64,000 nucleotides of DNA from an uncultured Methanosarcinales archaeon. GTDB lineage: Archaea > Halobacteriota > Methanosarcinia > Methanotrichales > Methanotrichaceae. Shown in pieces: positions 54,012 through 64,000 of this stretch; position 1 is the stretch's first letter, and each line of letters starts with the position of its first letter. The DNA lies in NCBI GenBank assembly GCA_963843555.1, contig CAWJKV010000002.1, positions 128,001-192,000 of the forward strand, in the 5' to 3' direction. The notes beneath the pieces were generated by a model. It saw nothing but the letters and a program-made list of their open reading frames with translations, had not been told where the DNA came from and made no database searches. The translations under genes were made by a program, and so were the position numbers.

Positions 54012-54555
54012 TCAAAGATCATATATCTGTTTTTTCCCAAATTTGGATAGCTCACTCCCGGCTTTGAATGGATTTTTCAATTTGGAAGATACTGGGATAA
54101 TTATAAGTTCCTTTGGCGTGGTTTCATTTAGTGCAGTTTGATTTAGTGCGGTTTGATTTAGTGCAGTTTGATTTAGTGCAGTTTGATTTAGTGCAGTTTG
54201 ATTTAGTGCAGTTTGATTTAGTGCAGGTCTGGTTTAGTGCAGTTTGATTTAGTGCAGTTTGATTTAGTGCAGTTTGATTTAGTGCAGTTTGATTTAGTGC
54301 AGTTTGATTTAGTGCAGTCTGATTTAGTGCAGTCTGGTTTAGTGCAGTCTGGTTTAGTGCAGTTTGATTTAGTGCAGTTTGATTTAGTGCAGTCTGGTTT
54401 AGTGCAGTTTGATTTAGTGAAGTTTGATTTAGTGCAGTCTGCTGCTCAGGAGTATATGCAGAAGCCAGTCCGACCAGGAAGATTAAGAAAAATATAGTAG
54501 CCTTAATAATATCACATCCATGTATTTGAGTTTCTATCAAGCATTGTGTAGACAA
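54012..54555 (-). CDS. Secreted protein with ~21 ALNQT repeats; 1-nt insertion near 54227, start uncertain
   Basis: Signal peptide ...VGLASA-YTPEQQT. Removing one base restores ALNQT repeats followed by ALNETTPKELII...PFKAGSELSKFGKKQIYDL*. Confidence 0.7.
54126..54440. repeat. 15-bp tandem repeat, about 21 units
   Basis: TTTAGTGCAGTTTGA / TTTAGTGCAGTCTGG units. Confidence 0.97.
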
Positions 54556-54845
54556 TCGCCGAGATATATAGTTTGCCTACAACGACAATGTGAGGTTTTG
54601 GTGCAAACCTCCTCAAACTTTATTCTTGCATGTTTTTTCGTTCCATCTGAATCGCCCGCTTGACGCTCTTTTCATAATTCTAATTCTAAAACACAGAGGC
54701 TTGATCAATAATTAGGATTTCGATCAAGGTTTGTTTGGGGAACCCATGAAAATCTAATTTGAGAGAACACTTAATTAATAATCCTCTAAAGAGACTTAAA
54801 ATTCCAATCTATCTTTGAAAAAGGGTGGGACCAACGAGTCCCGGT

Positions 54846-55829
54846 TCATATATGCATGGTATAGGTCTGACCGCAGCTGTAGGTGTTGGTCTGCGTATAT
54901 TTGGACCCATCATTGTCCACAGTTATGGTATGAGGCTGACCTCCTGTTACGGTAAAGGCGAAAGTGCCGTCAAAATGGTCTCCGCGGCGCCCGTCACCGC
55001 CAATGTAGTTGCCATCCACACTTACAGAATAGCCTCTCATGTATTCGGATGTGATGACTATCTGAGCATTGCATCCAGGCTCGGGAGTTTGCGGATAGGT
55101 TGGGTAGGTGGGTTGTGGATAGCTGCCGGAATCGTAGTATGGCGGATAATATGGGGCATAGACATAGACGTAGATGTAGTTGCTCCAGCCATTGCAGTAG
55201 TACTGAAGAGTGTGCCATCCTGCCGCATCGCCGTTAAACCACATCTTTTGCCAGCCTGGATAGCGTATAGAAGCCAGGTATTTGCTCACCAGCTTGCCAT
55301 TCGGGTACCATTCATACATATAGAGTGGCCCGGTTCCACTGACATCCAGCCACATGGGCAGCCACTGGCCGAAGTTGCACCCGGCCACAGTCGATGGCGA
55401 GTAGGGAATGTAAAATTTGTTTGGAGTTGTGACTCCAGGAGGGACTACCATGTATGTGCTCGCATAAGTGCTTGATCCAGTGGTTGACTGGTATGAAGTA
55501 GCACCTGTCACGTATGAGGGTGCAGTTGCCATGGTTGAAGGAGCACCTGTCACGTACGAGGGTGCAGTTCCCTGGTATGAAGGAGCACTTGTCCCGTATG
55601 AAGGTGCAGTTGCCAGGGTTGAAGGAGCTGCAGCCCGTGCTGATGCCGCGCTTGTGGGCATCAATGTCTGACCGCTCTCTGACGACGGCGGAGCCTGCGA
55701 GCTAGATGCCTGTGGGATTTGGATTCCTTGCGATTCAGGGCTAGGGGGTGTTGCCGGCGGAGTTGGCTGAGCCCATACAGCACCAACTAGAAACATTGCC
55801 AGCAGCGTGAGAGCCAAGATTTTTTTCAT
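54846..55829 (-). CDS. Secreted/surface protein with APSY repeats and a C-terminal PEGA-like domain
   Basis: MKKILALTLL signal peptide, TAPSY repeats, YEWYP..K, WF.GD..GWH.LQY, YSVSVDGNYIG. Confidence 0.75.
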   Translation of the reverse strand: MKKILALTLLAMFLVGAVWAQPTPPATPPSPESQGIQIPQASSSQAPPSSESGQTLMPTSAASARAAAPSTLATAPSYGTSAPSYQGTAPSYVTGAPSTMATAPSYVTGATSYQSTTGSSTYASTYMVVPPGVTTPNKFYIPYSPSTVAGCNFGQWLPMWLDVSGTGPLYMYEWYPNGKLVSKYLASIRYPGWQKMWFNGDAAGWHTLQYYCNGWSNYIYVYVYAPYYPPYYDSGSYPQPTYPTYPQTPEPGCNAQIVITSEYMRGYSVSVDGNYIGGDGRRGDHFDGTFAFTVTGGQPHTITVDNDGSKYTQTNTYSCGQTYTMHI

Positions 55830-56099
55830 ACTTTTCACCTCTAAATCATAAGAGTTTTTCATTCTCTTAAATCGAAATTTCGATGGAATCTCTTGGAATA
55901 CGGGATTCTGAGTCCCATTGTATAATTGATACTATCAAGATAAATATCTATTACTTTCCGGGAGCGCGGAGAGTCGCTGATACTCTGAACTTCAGGGAGG
56001 TTGATGGTGCTTTACAGGGATCTACTTCCCGTAAAGTACTATTGATTAAAAAGCTGAAGAATGCAGCAATTAAAAAATGCGTCCGCCTCAGCGAACAAA

Positions 56100-56184
56100 T
56101 GCGGGAGACGGGATTCGAACCCGCGAACGCCTGCGCGACAAGGCCCTCAACCTTGCTCCTTTGACCTGGCTTGGAAACCCCCGC
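56100..56184 (-). tRNA. tRNA-Leu (GAG)
   Basis: GCGGGGGTTTCCAAGCCAGGTCAAAGGAG-CAAGG-TTGAGGG-CCTTG, long variable arm, GGGTTCGAATCCC-GTCTCCCGCA. Confidence 0.95.
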
Positions 56185-56224
56185 TCGAAATATGGGTTTT
56201 GATCGGCCGGAGCCGATCCTGATT

Positions 56225-57019
56225 CTAAGATAACTCTGCTAATTTGGCGTCTAAGTCCAGAGCTCGCTTCTTTATTTCCGTTGCTGCTTCTGCCACCAGA
56301 TCTTTGGCGGCCACGCTGCCACTGCTCTCAATGGAGACCACGAAGGAATCCATGATTGGCGAGAGCGTTATGGCTGCGGCCTCACACGCTCCAACACAGA
56401 GCTTGCACAGAGAGCATTCCAGTATATTTGTAGCTTTCGCTCTGCCCTCTTCAATTACCAGAATATTGCGGGGACAGACTTCGACGCACTTTCCGCATCC
56501 GTCGCAGGCTACGCTTATCTCAAAGCTCGGCAGATTCTTGTAGCCGCATAGCGTTCCCGCCTGCCACTTGGAGTGATCTTTGCCCACTCGCTTGGTGGCA
56601 AAGCCTTCCATGACCAGCTTCTCGCCTTCTCCCAGGATGACAATAGGAATCTTGTCGAAGGCAGCCTTTACACCAGGATCGGTGAACTGAATGTCCTCAG
56701 AGTAGACCATGCCCGGCCCTTCCTTGGAGAGCATAAACTCCACCCGGCATCCCGGACAGCCTGCGCCGCCGCACTGGCACTCATCCGGCTGGGAGAACAC
56801 GCTCAGGTCCTCTGCAATCAAGGGCACCTCTCCGATCCGGAGAGAGATCTGCTCATCGAAGAGCACTGATGTGTTGTCATAGAGGCTGATCTCATCCAGG
56901 GCCAGCACCGGCACTTCACTCATGCAGGCGCGGCGAATGCCGTTTGAGAAAGCGGCTGTAACGCCGCTGAGGAGGTACCGGATGCGGTCCTCCCTCAGCT
57001 CAAGCAATTCGAACTTCAA
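56225..57019 (-). CDS. rpoD: RNA polymerase subunit D (Rpo3) with a ferredoxin-like insert
   Basis: NGIRR...EVP.LA, NTSVLFDE, IPIV.L, H.KWQ; CDGCGKCVEVCP and CSLCKLCVGAC. Confidence 0.95.
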   Translation of the reverse strand: MKFELLELREDRIRYLLSGVTAAFSNGIRRACMSEVPVLALDEISLYDNTSVLFDEQISLRIGEVPLIAEDLSVFSQPDECQCGGAGCPGCRVEFMLSKEGPGMVYSEDIQFTDPGVKAAFDKIPIVILGEGEKLVMEGFATKRVGKDHSKWQAGTLCGYKNLPSFEISVACDGCGKCVEVCPRNILVIEEGRAKATNILECSLCKLCVGACEAAAITLSPIMDSFVVSIESSGSVAAKDLVAEAATEIKKRALDLDAKLAELS

Positions 57020-57022
57020 GCT

Positions 57023-57412
57023 CTACACCCTTCGACCCCTCTTTCCTCCTTTGGGCTTCGTTCCATCGTGAGGTATGGGGGTCGCGTCTTCAATTCTGCC
57101 TATCCGGAGTCCCGCTCGCGCCAGAGCACGTATAGCTGCCTGAGCGCCCGGTCCTGGAGACCTCTGCTTGTTTCCACCGGGTGCGCGCACTTTAACGTGA
57201 ACCCCGACAATTCCCTTATCTTTCACAGCGTCAGCGACCTGCATGGCCATCTGCATGGCTGTGTAGGGAGAACTCTCGTCCCTGGCTGCCTTTACAACCA
57301 TGCCGCCCGAGATCTTGGCCAAGGTTTCGGCTCCGGTCTGGTCGGTGATGGTGATAAGCGTGTTGTTAAAGGACGAGTAAATATGGGCAATGCCCCATTT
57401 TCCTTCTGCCAT
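57023..57412 (-). CDS. rps11: 30S ribosomal protein S11
   Basis: [39 protein letters not shown]. Confidence 0.97.
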   Translation of the reverse strand: MAEGKWGIAHIYSSFNNTLITITDQTGAETLAKISGGMVVKAARDESSPYTAMQMAMQVADAVKDKGIVGVHVKVRAPGGNKQRSPGPGAQAAIRALARAGLRIGRIEDATPIPHDGTKPKGGKRGRRV

Positions 57413-57949
57413 TTATCCTTCCACCCTGGATACTCTGGATGCCCTTTCCGGATGGCCTTCCTTGGCCATGGGGGAACCCATGTAATAATCAATGCTCATT
57501 TCCTCGCCCCTTTTCACCAGATAGCCCGGCACATCTACCCTGCGCCCGGATACCTGGACATGGCCGTGAACGATGAACTGCCTGGCCTGCTTCAAAGAAT
57601 TAGCGAGCCCCTGACGGTAGACCTGCGTCTGCAGTCTCCTCTCCAGAACGTCGTTGACCTTCATGGAGAGAATGGCGTCAAGATCTCCTTCTTCTTTCAG
57701 CATGCCCAGCCTCTTGAGACGGTTGAGAATGGCCTCCGCTTCAGGAGGAGCCTGTCCCATCGATACTGCGGCGAGCATCTTACGGCTGGACTGTCTGTAC
57801 TTCCTGAGAACAGCCTGAGCCTTCCAAAGCTCCCTCTTGTTGCGCAGTCCGTAGGCCTTGACGACCTCCACTTCTCCAGCGATACGTTCCGCCTGCCAGG
57901 GAGTGCGTGGCCTGGCATACATCTTGCGACTCTTGCCTGGATATCCCAT
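57413..57949 (-). CDS. rps4: 30S ribosomal protein S4
   Basis: YGLRNKRELW, LERRLQT, ARQFIVHGH. Confidence 0.97.
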   Translation of the reverse strand: MGYPGKSRKMYARPRTPWQAERIAGEVEVVKAYGLRNKRELWKAQAVLRKYRQSSRKMLAAVSMGQAPPEAEAILNRLKRLGMLKEEGDLDAILSMKVNDVLERRLQTQVYRQGLANSLKQARQFIVHGHVQVSGRRVDVPGYLVKRGEEMSIDYYMGSPMAKEGHPERASRVSRVEG

Positions 57950-57959
57950 TTTTTACCAC

Positions 57960-58550
57960 CTACTCCTTGGCTGCAGGTGCAGCGGCGGCTGGTAATGCCT
58001 TTCGGCTAACGCCAACAATGGCGCCTGTGCGTCCACTGGATCTGGTTCTCTGGCCCCTTACACGCAGGCCCCGCTCGTGCCTGATGCCCTTGTAGCTCCT
58101 CATCTTCTTCATGAGGTCCAGGTCTTCTCGGAGGGTCATGTTGAGGTCCATGCCCATGACATGGATGTCGGTGCCGGTTTCAATATCGCCGCGCCGGTTG
58201 ACCATCCAGGAAGGCAGAATGCTGTTGGCATCCTCTTCGACGACCTTTTTCAGCTTATCAATCTCCGAATCGGGAAGCAAGCCGAGTGTGGCAAAGGGAT
58301 CGACACCTGCTCTATCGGTAAAGAGCTTGGCGCATCTGCGGCCCACACCTTTAATGCCCGTCAGGGCCATATGGACCTGCTTCTTTCCAGCCAGGTCTGT
58401 ATTCAGAATGCGAACTATATGCCGGAGATCTTCATCAACGGTCTTCTTGGTAGGCTTCTCATCAACCTTTTTAGGCTTATCTTTTGCTACCTTATCTTTT
58501 GCTACTTTCTCTTTAGCATCTTTCTCTTTTACATCTTTCTCTTTTGCCAA
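57960..58550 (-). CDS. rps13: 30S ribosomal protein S13 with a Lys/Glu/Asp-rich N-terminal extension
   Basis: IVRI.NTDL.G, IKGVGRR, SYKGIRHERGL.VRGQRTRS; TTG start after GGAGG. Confidence 0.96.
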   Translation of the reverse strand: MAKEKDVKEKDAKEKVAKDKVAKDKPKKVDEKPTKKTVDEDLRHIVRILNTDLAGKKQVHMALTGIKGVGRRCAKLFTDRAGVDPFATLGLLPDSEIDKLKKVVEEDANSILPSWMVNRRGDIETGTDIHVMGMDLNMTLREDLDLMKKMRSYKGIRHERGLRVRGQRTRSSGRTGAIVGVSRKALPAAAAPAAKE

Positions 58551-58559
58551 GTTAGTCCT

Positions 58560-58678
58560 CCAGAAGTTTAGTCCTCTGGATCAGCCCCGGGTCAGAGCCC
58601 GACGCCGCCCGCTTACCACGTTGTGGGGCGAATTAAATCCATTGAGCCAAAGTGAAGTTATGCTTCTCGTATAAAAGA
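58560..58678 (-). promoter_or_regulatory. Promoter and structured 5' leader of the rps13 operon
   Basis: TTTTATA box at ~58670-58676; leader stems CGCCC..GGGCG enclosing CCAC-AAC-GTGG, and CGGG-CTCTGA-CCCG. Confidence 0.55.
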
Positions 58679-58697
58679 CTTATGAGGTTTTAGTTCT

Positions 58698-59040
58698 TTA
58701 AGGTTCTAGCTCGACCTTGTTTTCCCTGATCCACTCACGCAACGCCTCTTCTTCTCTCTGGTTCTCGAAATCGTACCAGCTCTGCAGGAGGTCACTGTCT
58801 TCCAGGAGGGCCTTGAACCGTCCATACGCTCCGCGCCCATTGAAGATATGCTCGACGAGGTCGCACTCTTCCGGCAAATGCTACTCTACAAACTCGAAGA
58901 CGAGGCTCTGGCCAAGGTCGAGATCATTCTTGTAAGGGATCTCTACGAAATGATCACAGTCGAACCTGTCTTCATCCAATTCATCGAGATCTCCATTCTC
59001 GGAATGGTAATATATCTCACCATTTTCTAATATGATTTTC
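58698..59040 (-). pseudogene. UPF0158-like protein, 5'-truncated with an in-frame TAG
   Basis: IPYKNDLDLGQSLVFEFVE*HLP...GRGAYGRFKALLE...WYDFE...LREW. Confidence 0.7.
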
Positions 59041-59379
59041 TCACTCCGGCAGGCAGTCGCCTGGAAAGCTTCTGCAAGCATGAAGCTCGTAGACGAATAT
59101 GCCTTCTTTTACTCCCGGATCCTCGTCCATTATCGATTTTACCTTTTCCAGATTTGCATTAAAGATTCCAATTCCGGAGACATTGCTCCCATCAGAGATC
59201 GGACAGACAATGGATAGCAATCCGCTGGCACGCAAGTGGAAGTTCCTTCTCCCGTGCTCCCAGATGGTCTTTTCAGCCCCTCCCTTATTTCTGTTCGGCC
59301 CGGCCTTTAAGATAACGACGCAATAATTCTTGGTTTGGGAGATCATTTCCCGCATGAACTCGTCGGTAATTTCAGTCAT
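59041..59379 (-). CDS. YciI-like protein
   Basis: EH.R...L...GL, GIGIF, MDEDPGVKEG. Confidence 0.7.
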   Translation of the reverse strand: MTEITDEFMREMISQTKNYCVVILKAGPNRNKGGAEKTIWEHGRRNFHLRASGLLSIVCPISDGSNVSGIGIFNANLEKVKSIMDEDPGVKEGIFVYELHACRSFPGDCLPE

Positions 59380-59591
59380 ATTAACAGCCTCAAGCTGGAT
59401 GGTAAACTGACCTAGCCCCAGAGATATGTCTCAATCTGTATATCTAATTTGGCTGGATCAATGTGCCAATGCCGGCGTCGATAAAGACAATGGATCTCTC
59501 CTTTGATTGCTTCAGGTCCAGGATTGCATTCCCACTTTCTGGTTAAAGCTCCTTTCGCTTCTCATATTCACATATCATCCCTGCACTCTAA

Positions 59592-60398
59592 TCATCTCTT
59601 CTCCGCAAATGCTTTGAAGAAGGTATAGCAGAATACACCATCCTCTGCTGTTGTTCTGTAAAGGTCCCTTACTCCTGCTTCATAGATCTGCGGCTCGATT
59701 ATTCCCGCTTTTATTGCCGGTTCGCGGATGCCCTCAACCATTGCCGTAAATGTGTTCTTTGTGAAGCCTTCTACCAGTTCCGGTCTGCTTGAGTCGACGT
59801 AGACCATGCGAGGAGAAACGCGAACCGCGCTGTAGCCCGCACCGCTAAGCATCGGGTAAAGCTCTCTTCCGATCAACGCATTGCCGCCTGCCCTCCGCTG
59901 CAACTCGACCTGGGCCAAGATAGCCTTGCGGGCTGCTTCGCTATCGGGATGGAAGTAGGCGGAGCCGTGGTCACCTTCAATCACTGTGATTGTGCCTCCA
60001 GGCCTGATGAAATCCTTCAGGACGCGCAATGCCTCGACAGGGCGAGGAAGGTGTTCCAGGACAAAGCAGACAAATACGTGGTCGAAGTAGCCAGCCTCGA
60101 AGGGCAGATCGAATATGTCAGCCTGGAGGACGCGCACATTGGCAAGACCCGATGCTGCCACTTTCTTTCCGGTCTCGGCCACGGAAGCCCGGGAGACATC
60201 TACGGATGTGATCTCTGCATGAGGGCTGTTCAGCGCAAGAGTGATCGTTTGCGCTCCCACGCCGCAGCCGGTTTCGAGAACTCGACTTCCTGCAGGGTAC
60301 GAGGTATCAGAGTGCAACAGCTCGACCAGTGTGGAGGCCTGATCTTGCAGGCGCCTGCTTTCTCTGGGATCATAGCCGTGAACATATGCGCTATTCAT
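59592..60398 (-). CDS. Class I SAM-dependent methyltransferase
   Basis: YVHGY, VLETGCGVG, FDHVFVCFVLEHL, RPGG. Confidence 0.9.
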   Translation of the reverse strand: MNSAYVHGYDPRESRRLQDQASTLVELLHSDTSYPAGSRVLETGCGVGAQTITLALNSPHAEITSVDVSRASVAETGKKVAASGLANVRVLQADIFDLPFEAGYFDHVFVCFVLEHLPRPVEALRVLKDFIRPGGTITVIEGDHGSAYFHPDSEAARKAILAQVELQRRAGGNALIGRELYPMLSGAGYSAVRVSPRMVYVDSSRPELVEGFTKNTFTAMVEGIREPAIKAGIIEPQIYEAGVRDLYRTTAEDGVFCYTFFKAFAEKR

Positions 60399-60807
60399 GC
60401 TGCTCATTTTGGAGCTGGATTGTATTAATCTTAGCTGCCAATTGCGGAGGAAGTGAGAGGGCTTTGCCGCCAGGCCCAATCAGGAAATATCTCATGCAAC
60501 AGAGCCAGAATCTCCGAAGGATATAATGGCAATAATGGCAAAATAAAAGGAGAATGGGTCCCTTCAGAGGCTGAAAGAAAATGGGGAACCACCCGAGAAA
60601 GAGGCCGTGAACTGACGATTCTCCGGCAGAGTCACCATGTTCACCAGATGGGAATGCCCGGCTCGTCAGCGATGCGGGCTGGGCAAGAACCTTATGGAGT
60701 TCGCCCATAGCTATCCCGACGCAAAAGGACTACCTCACAATTTGCCTCGACGCATTTGTTTAAAATCACAAATTAACCGGGTCGGATCATTTAAAAAAAA
60801 GGAAAAG

Positions 60808-61899
60808 TTATTCTTCATTCAAAGTTTCTGGGTTGCGGCACAACGCTTTCGCCCCGGCAAAATACCTCTCCTTCAGCCTGAGGGCCACATTTACCAGTCC
60901 GATCAAAACCGGAACCTCAATAAGCGGCCCAATCACAGCGGCAAAGGCCTCCTGGGAGGCGATGCCGAAGACTCCCACAGCCACGGCGATGGCCAGCTCG
61001 AAGTTGTTGCTGGCTGCGGTGAAAGAGAGAGCTGCCGTCTTCTCGTAATTCACTCCCAGTTTGTAGGCCATGAAGAAGCTTACAAAGAACATGAGCAGGA
61101 AGTATATTATTAAAGGTATGGCTACACTCACCACAGCAAAAGGAAGCTGTACGATGTAGTCGCCCTTCAGGGAGAACATCACAACGATTGTGAAGAGCAG
61201 GGCAATGAGAGTTAGTGGCGCGATCCTGGGTATGAAATCTCTCTCGTACCAGTCTCTCCCTCTGGCCTTGATAAGGCTGAACCTGGTGATTATGCCTGCC
61301 AGGAAAGGTATTCCCAGGTAGATGAAAACGCTTTCTGCAATCTGAGCAATGGTTACATTGACCGTCGTTCCTTCAGCGATTCCCAGGGCTGCAGGCAGTA
61401 CAGTGATGAAAACATAAGCGTAGAAGGAATAAAATAGCACCTGGAATACGGAGTTGAGCCCCACCAGGGCGGCGCAGTACTCGCAGTCTCCGCAAGCAAG
61501 GTCGTTCCAGACAATGACCATAGCGATGCAGCGGGCAAGACCTATGAGGATTATGCCATACATGAGGTGAGGATAGTCTTGCAGGAAAATTACCGCCAGG
61601 GCAAACATCAGAATCGGACCGATGATCCAGTTCTGCACCAGGGAAAGGCTGAGGACCTTCTTATCCTCGAAAACCCGTCCGAGCTCTTCATACCTCACCT
61701 TGGCCAGAGGCGGGAACATCATCAGAATCAGGCCTATAGCGATCGGTATTGAAGTTGTGCCGATCTGCAGGCTTAAGATGAACTGGGTTATGCCGGGCAC
61801 ATAGTAGCCAGCGGCGACGCCGAGGAACATGGCTGCAAATATCCAGATGGTAAGGTAACGGGATAAGAAATCCAGGCTTTTGTTGACTCCATTAGACAT
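60808..61899 (-). CDS. acr3: ACR3 family arsenite efflux transporter
   Basis: [49 protein letters not shown]. Confidence 0.95.
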   Translation of the reverse strand: MSNGVNKSLDFLSRYLTIWIFAAMFLGVAAGYYVPGITQFILSLQIGTTSIPIAIGLILMMFPPLAKVRYEELGRVFEDKKVLSLSLVQNWIIGPILMFALAVIFLQDYPHLMYGIILIGLARCIAMVIVWNDLACGDCEYCAALVGLNSVFQVLFYSFYAYVFITVLPAALGIAEGTTVNVTIAQIAESVFIYLGIPFLAGIITRFSLIKARGRDWYERDFIPRIAPLTLIALLFTIVVMFSLKGDYIVQLPFAVVSVAIPLIIYFLLMFFVSFFMAYKLGVNYEKTAALSFTAASNNFELAIAVAVGVFGIASQEAFAAVIGPLIEVPVLIGLVNVALRLKERYFAGAKALCRNPETLNEE

Positions 61900-61933
61900 T
61901 TAATTCCCCTTCCAGAGGCAAAAATTTTATGGA

Positions 61934-63028
61934 TCAGGTACTGCCAAGCTTTGTGTATTTCGTGCCGCTGGCATTCCCTCCAGCCAGAGACAAACCAGCC
62001 TCCGAGCCCGTGGCCTCGTGCGCCTTCCAGTCCTCCCAGGTGTAGATGCTGGCCTCATATCCCATGAGCTGCAGAGCATACCAGACCAGAGATGACCGGC
62101 TGTAATCGCTTGAATAAACCACGATCGGCTGGTCTTTGCTCAGCCTGCTGAACACCATGCCCAGATCGTCTCCGCTCTTGATCCGATCTGCTTTGATAAT
62201 ATTGGCAGGATCCAGAGCGACAGAACCTGGTATGCGGCCCTTTCCAAACTCCGCAAAAGGCCGGGCATCCAAGATCTGGGCCTGGCCGGACTTCACATAC
62301 TCGAATTCGGCAATTACCTGGGGCTTGACTTCAGGCTTGTACTCAACGCCGGGCTTTATGTTCTCCAGGGTTTCGTAAGGCAACCCCGCAGCAATCCAAT
62401 CTGCCAGGCTTCCGTCCAGGAGCATTACATCTTCTTGTCCCAGATAGCTGAGCACCAGGAAGGCAAACTCGGCCTCTCCGGAGCTCTCTTTATTCCCGTA
62501 AAGGACTATGGAGTCATCTCTGGAGACACCCGCTTCGCCCAGGACCGAGGCCAGCTCCTCATCTACTCTTAGATTGCCAGCGCCATCGAGGAGGTCTTTG
62601 GTAGGAATGTGAATGGCGTTCTTGATATGAGACTTAGCATAGCTGTCGCCGTTGGATACGTCCACCACGACGTCTGAGCTGGAGACGCTCTTCATGGATT
62701 TAAAGATCTCACCGTTAGGAAAAGAGGCCACCCGATCTAAAGGCTTCTGTGTGCCTATGCCGGAATCTTGCGTACTATTAGCAGAATTTCCTGGCACGTT
62801 GTTTTGGGCGCTTCCTGGCTGGACCGGCTGGCCGGTTCCAGGTTCAGAGTTGAGGAAACCACTGGGATCCCAGGTGCCCCCGCCGCAGCAGCCCGCATCC
62901 ACCGCAGGAGCGAAAGCTATCAATGAAATTAACATAATTCCCAGAACATAGAGCCCTCTTGAACCTGAACTCTTCTTGCCAGGAGTTGAGCTGTCGTTGT
63001 TATTGTGAATAGTATCGAATTTGGTCAT
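61934..63028 (-). CDS. Exported tandem rhodanese-domain protein
   Basis: Signal/TM segment then GCCGGG; HIKNAIHI, LGEAGV, LDGS..W, ILDARP..EF..GRIPGS. Confidence 0.85.
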   Translation of the reverse strand: MTKFDTIHNNNDSSTPGKKSSGSRGLYVLGIMLISLIAFAPAVDAGCCGGGTWDPSGFLNSEPGTGQPVQPGSAQNNVPGNSANSTQDSGIGTQKPLDRVASFPNGEIFKSMKSVSSSDVVVDVSNGDSYAKSHIKNAIHIPTKDLLDGAGNLRVDEELASVLGEAGVSRDDSIVLYGNKESSGEAEFAFLVLSYLGQEDVMLLDGSLADWIAAGLPYETLENIKPGVEYKPEVKPQVIAEFEYVKSGQAQILDARPFAEFGKGRIPGSVALDPANIIKADRIKSGDDLGMVFSRLSKDQPIVVYSSDYSRSSLVWYALQLMGYEASIYTWEDWKAHEATGSEAGLSLAGGNASGTKYTKLGST

Positions 63029-63495
63029 TTGTTGTTGCCTCTCTCGATTTTAGCTTCTTTCATAAGCTTCACCATATTGAGCATCTCGATCACAGCCCCT
63101 TCGGACAGCCGGTATCTGGACCATCTTCCGTCCTTGCGCTCTTTGATGAGCCCTGCGTCCTTGAGGATGGAAAGGTGATGAGATGTGCTGGATTGGGGTC
63201 TGTCGAGACCGATCATGATCTCGCAGACGCATAACTCTCCTTCTCTCAAGAGAATGAGGATCTTGAGGCGGCAGGGATCAGCCATGGCCTTGAATATCTC
63301 AGCCTCCTCCTCGATCTCCAGCTCATCTATCCTGTTCATTATGGAACGAATCTTCTCGACTTTGCATTCGGCTTTATCGGCATCGCCAATCAGCCGTGTC
63401 ATCCTGTTAACAGCTTCTTCCGCAACACATGCCATGGACTGCATCCTCTCTTCAGCAGAATCTTCTCTTACGCAGCGACTTCTCTTCGGCAGCAA
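63025..63495 (-). CDS. arsR: ArsR/SmtB family regulator
   Basis: FKAMADPCRLKIL, ELCVCEI, SHHLSILK.AGLI. Confidence 0.92.
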   Translation of the reverse strand: MLPKRSRCVREDSAEERMQSMACVAEEAVNRMTRLIGDADKAECKVEKIRSIMNRIDELEIEEEAEIFKAMADPCRLKILILLREGELCVCEIMIGLDRPQSSTSHHLSILKDAGLIKERKDGRWSRYRLSEGAVIEMLNMVKLMKEAKIERGNNK

Positions 63496-63501
63496 TTCTC
63501 T

Positions 63502-63654
63502 TCAACAGCAACTGCAGCTTTTTTGAGTTAGAAGTTTTGGCCCCTCTCGCTCCAGACAATCACCGCATATTCTTATTCTGCCCCTTTTTTTGTGACTTAC
63601 TATGAAGAGGGAATCAGCTTCCTTATTGCATATTTCGCATTTCACAGTGCCCAT
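63502..63654 (-). CDS. Small Cys-rich zinc-finger-like protein
   Basis: MGTVKCEIC...ICGDC...KSCSCC; GGGGTGA RBS upstream. Confidence 0.65.
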   Translation of the reverse strand: MGTVKCEICNKEADSLFIVSHKKRGRIRICGDCLEREGPKLLTQKSCSCC

Positions 63655-64000
63655 TGGCCATTCACCCCCTCTGATCCTCTCTGTGGCCCTGCTGGCAGTA
63701 TGCATTATTATCTCTGATCTTGCGTGCACATATCAGTCCCAACGGCAGGGTAATCCAGCTATCCATATCCAGCTATTTCGATATATAAGATTTTCCCGTC
63801 ATATAGTCAAATCCAATTACGACATCTGTCTTTAATTAAATATAATATACATTTTTCTCATAATTAGGTGACAGGAGAACCGAAATTAACAATTGAGAAC
63901 ATGTATGTTCGCCGAAATGATGTTAGATGCAAGGGATTCGAGCAAAAATTCTTCCTATGTAAGGCTATATAGATCAGAAGTCGAAAGACTTATATCCATT

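Noticed and set aside
54126..54440. Tandem repeat as a CRISPR array
   Set aside because: Contiguous 15-bp units without spacers; coding in the minus frame.
46560..56184. Integrative island anchored at the tRNA-Leu 3' end
   Set aside because: The position is suggestive, but I found no duplicated tRNA 3' end and no integrase.

Overview
Archaeal chromosomal window. It is most consistent with a Methanothrix/Methanotrichaceae-like methanogen, inferred from the archaeal rps13-rps4-rps11-rpoD-tRNA-Leu block, the cysteate synthase and the lineage-style secreted proteins. From left to right it holds: (1) the 5' part of an extracellular contractile injection system (eCIS) operon running off the left edge (1-7.8 kb); (2) metabolic and transport genes with a very AT-rich tract; (3) a relic CRISPR locus with a cas2 fragment, a leader and two repeats around one spacer (~19.8-20.3 kb); (4) a sulfur-assimilation cluster (cysK, cysE-DUF59, metY, metX-CBS, an XRE regulator, cysteate synthase and an ABC-ATPase/GTPase/Fe-S trio) with a shared candidate operator; (5) two toxin-antitoxin-rich accessory tracts (34.9-41.5 kb and 46.6-53.8 kb) on either side of purLQS; (6) a ribosomal/rpoD operon and an arsenic-resistance operon. 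The first TA tract is punctuated by decayed copies of one gene's 3' end. The second is punctuated by a co-oriented ~110-bp GC-rich hairpin repeat family with signs of recombination inside the repeat, the best candidate here for an undescribed cassette system. Many housekeeping genes carry single-base indels, probably long-read consensus errors, so pseudogene calls based on frameshifts alone are tentative. All family assignments come from reading motifs; no database searches were run.
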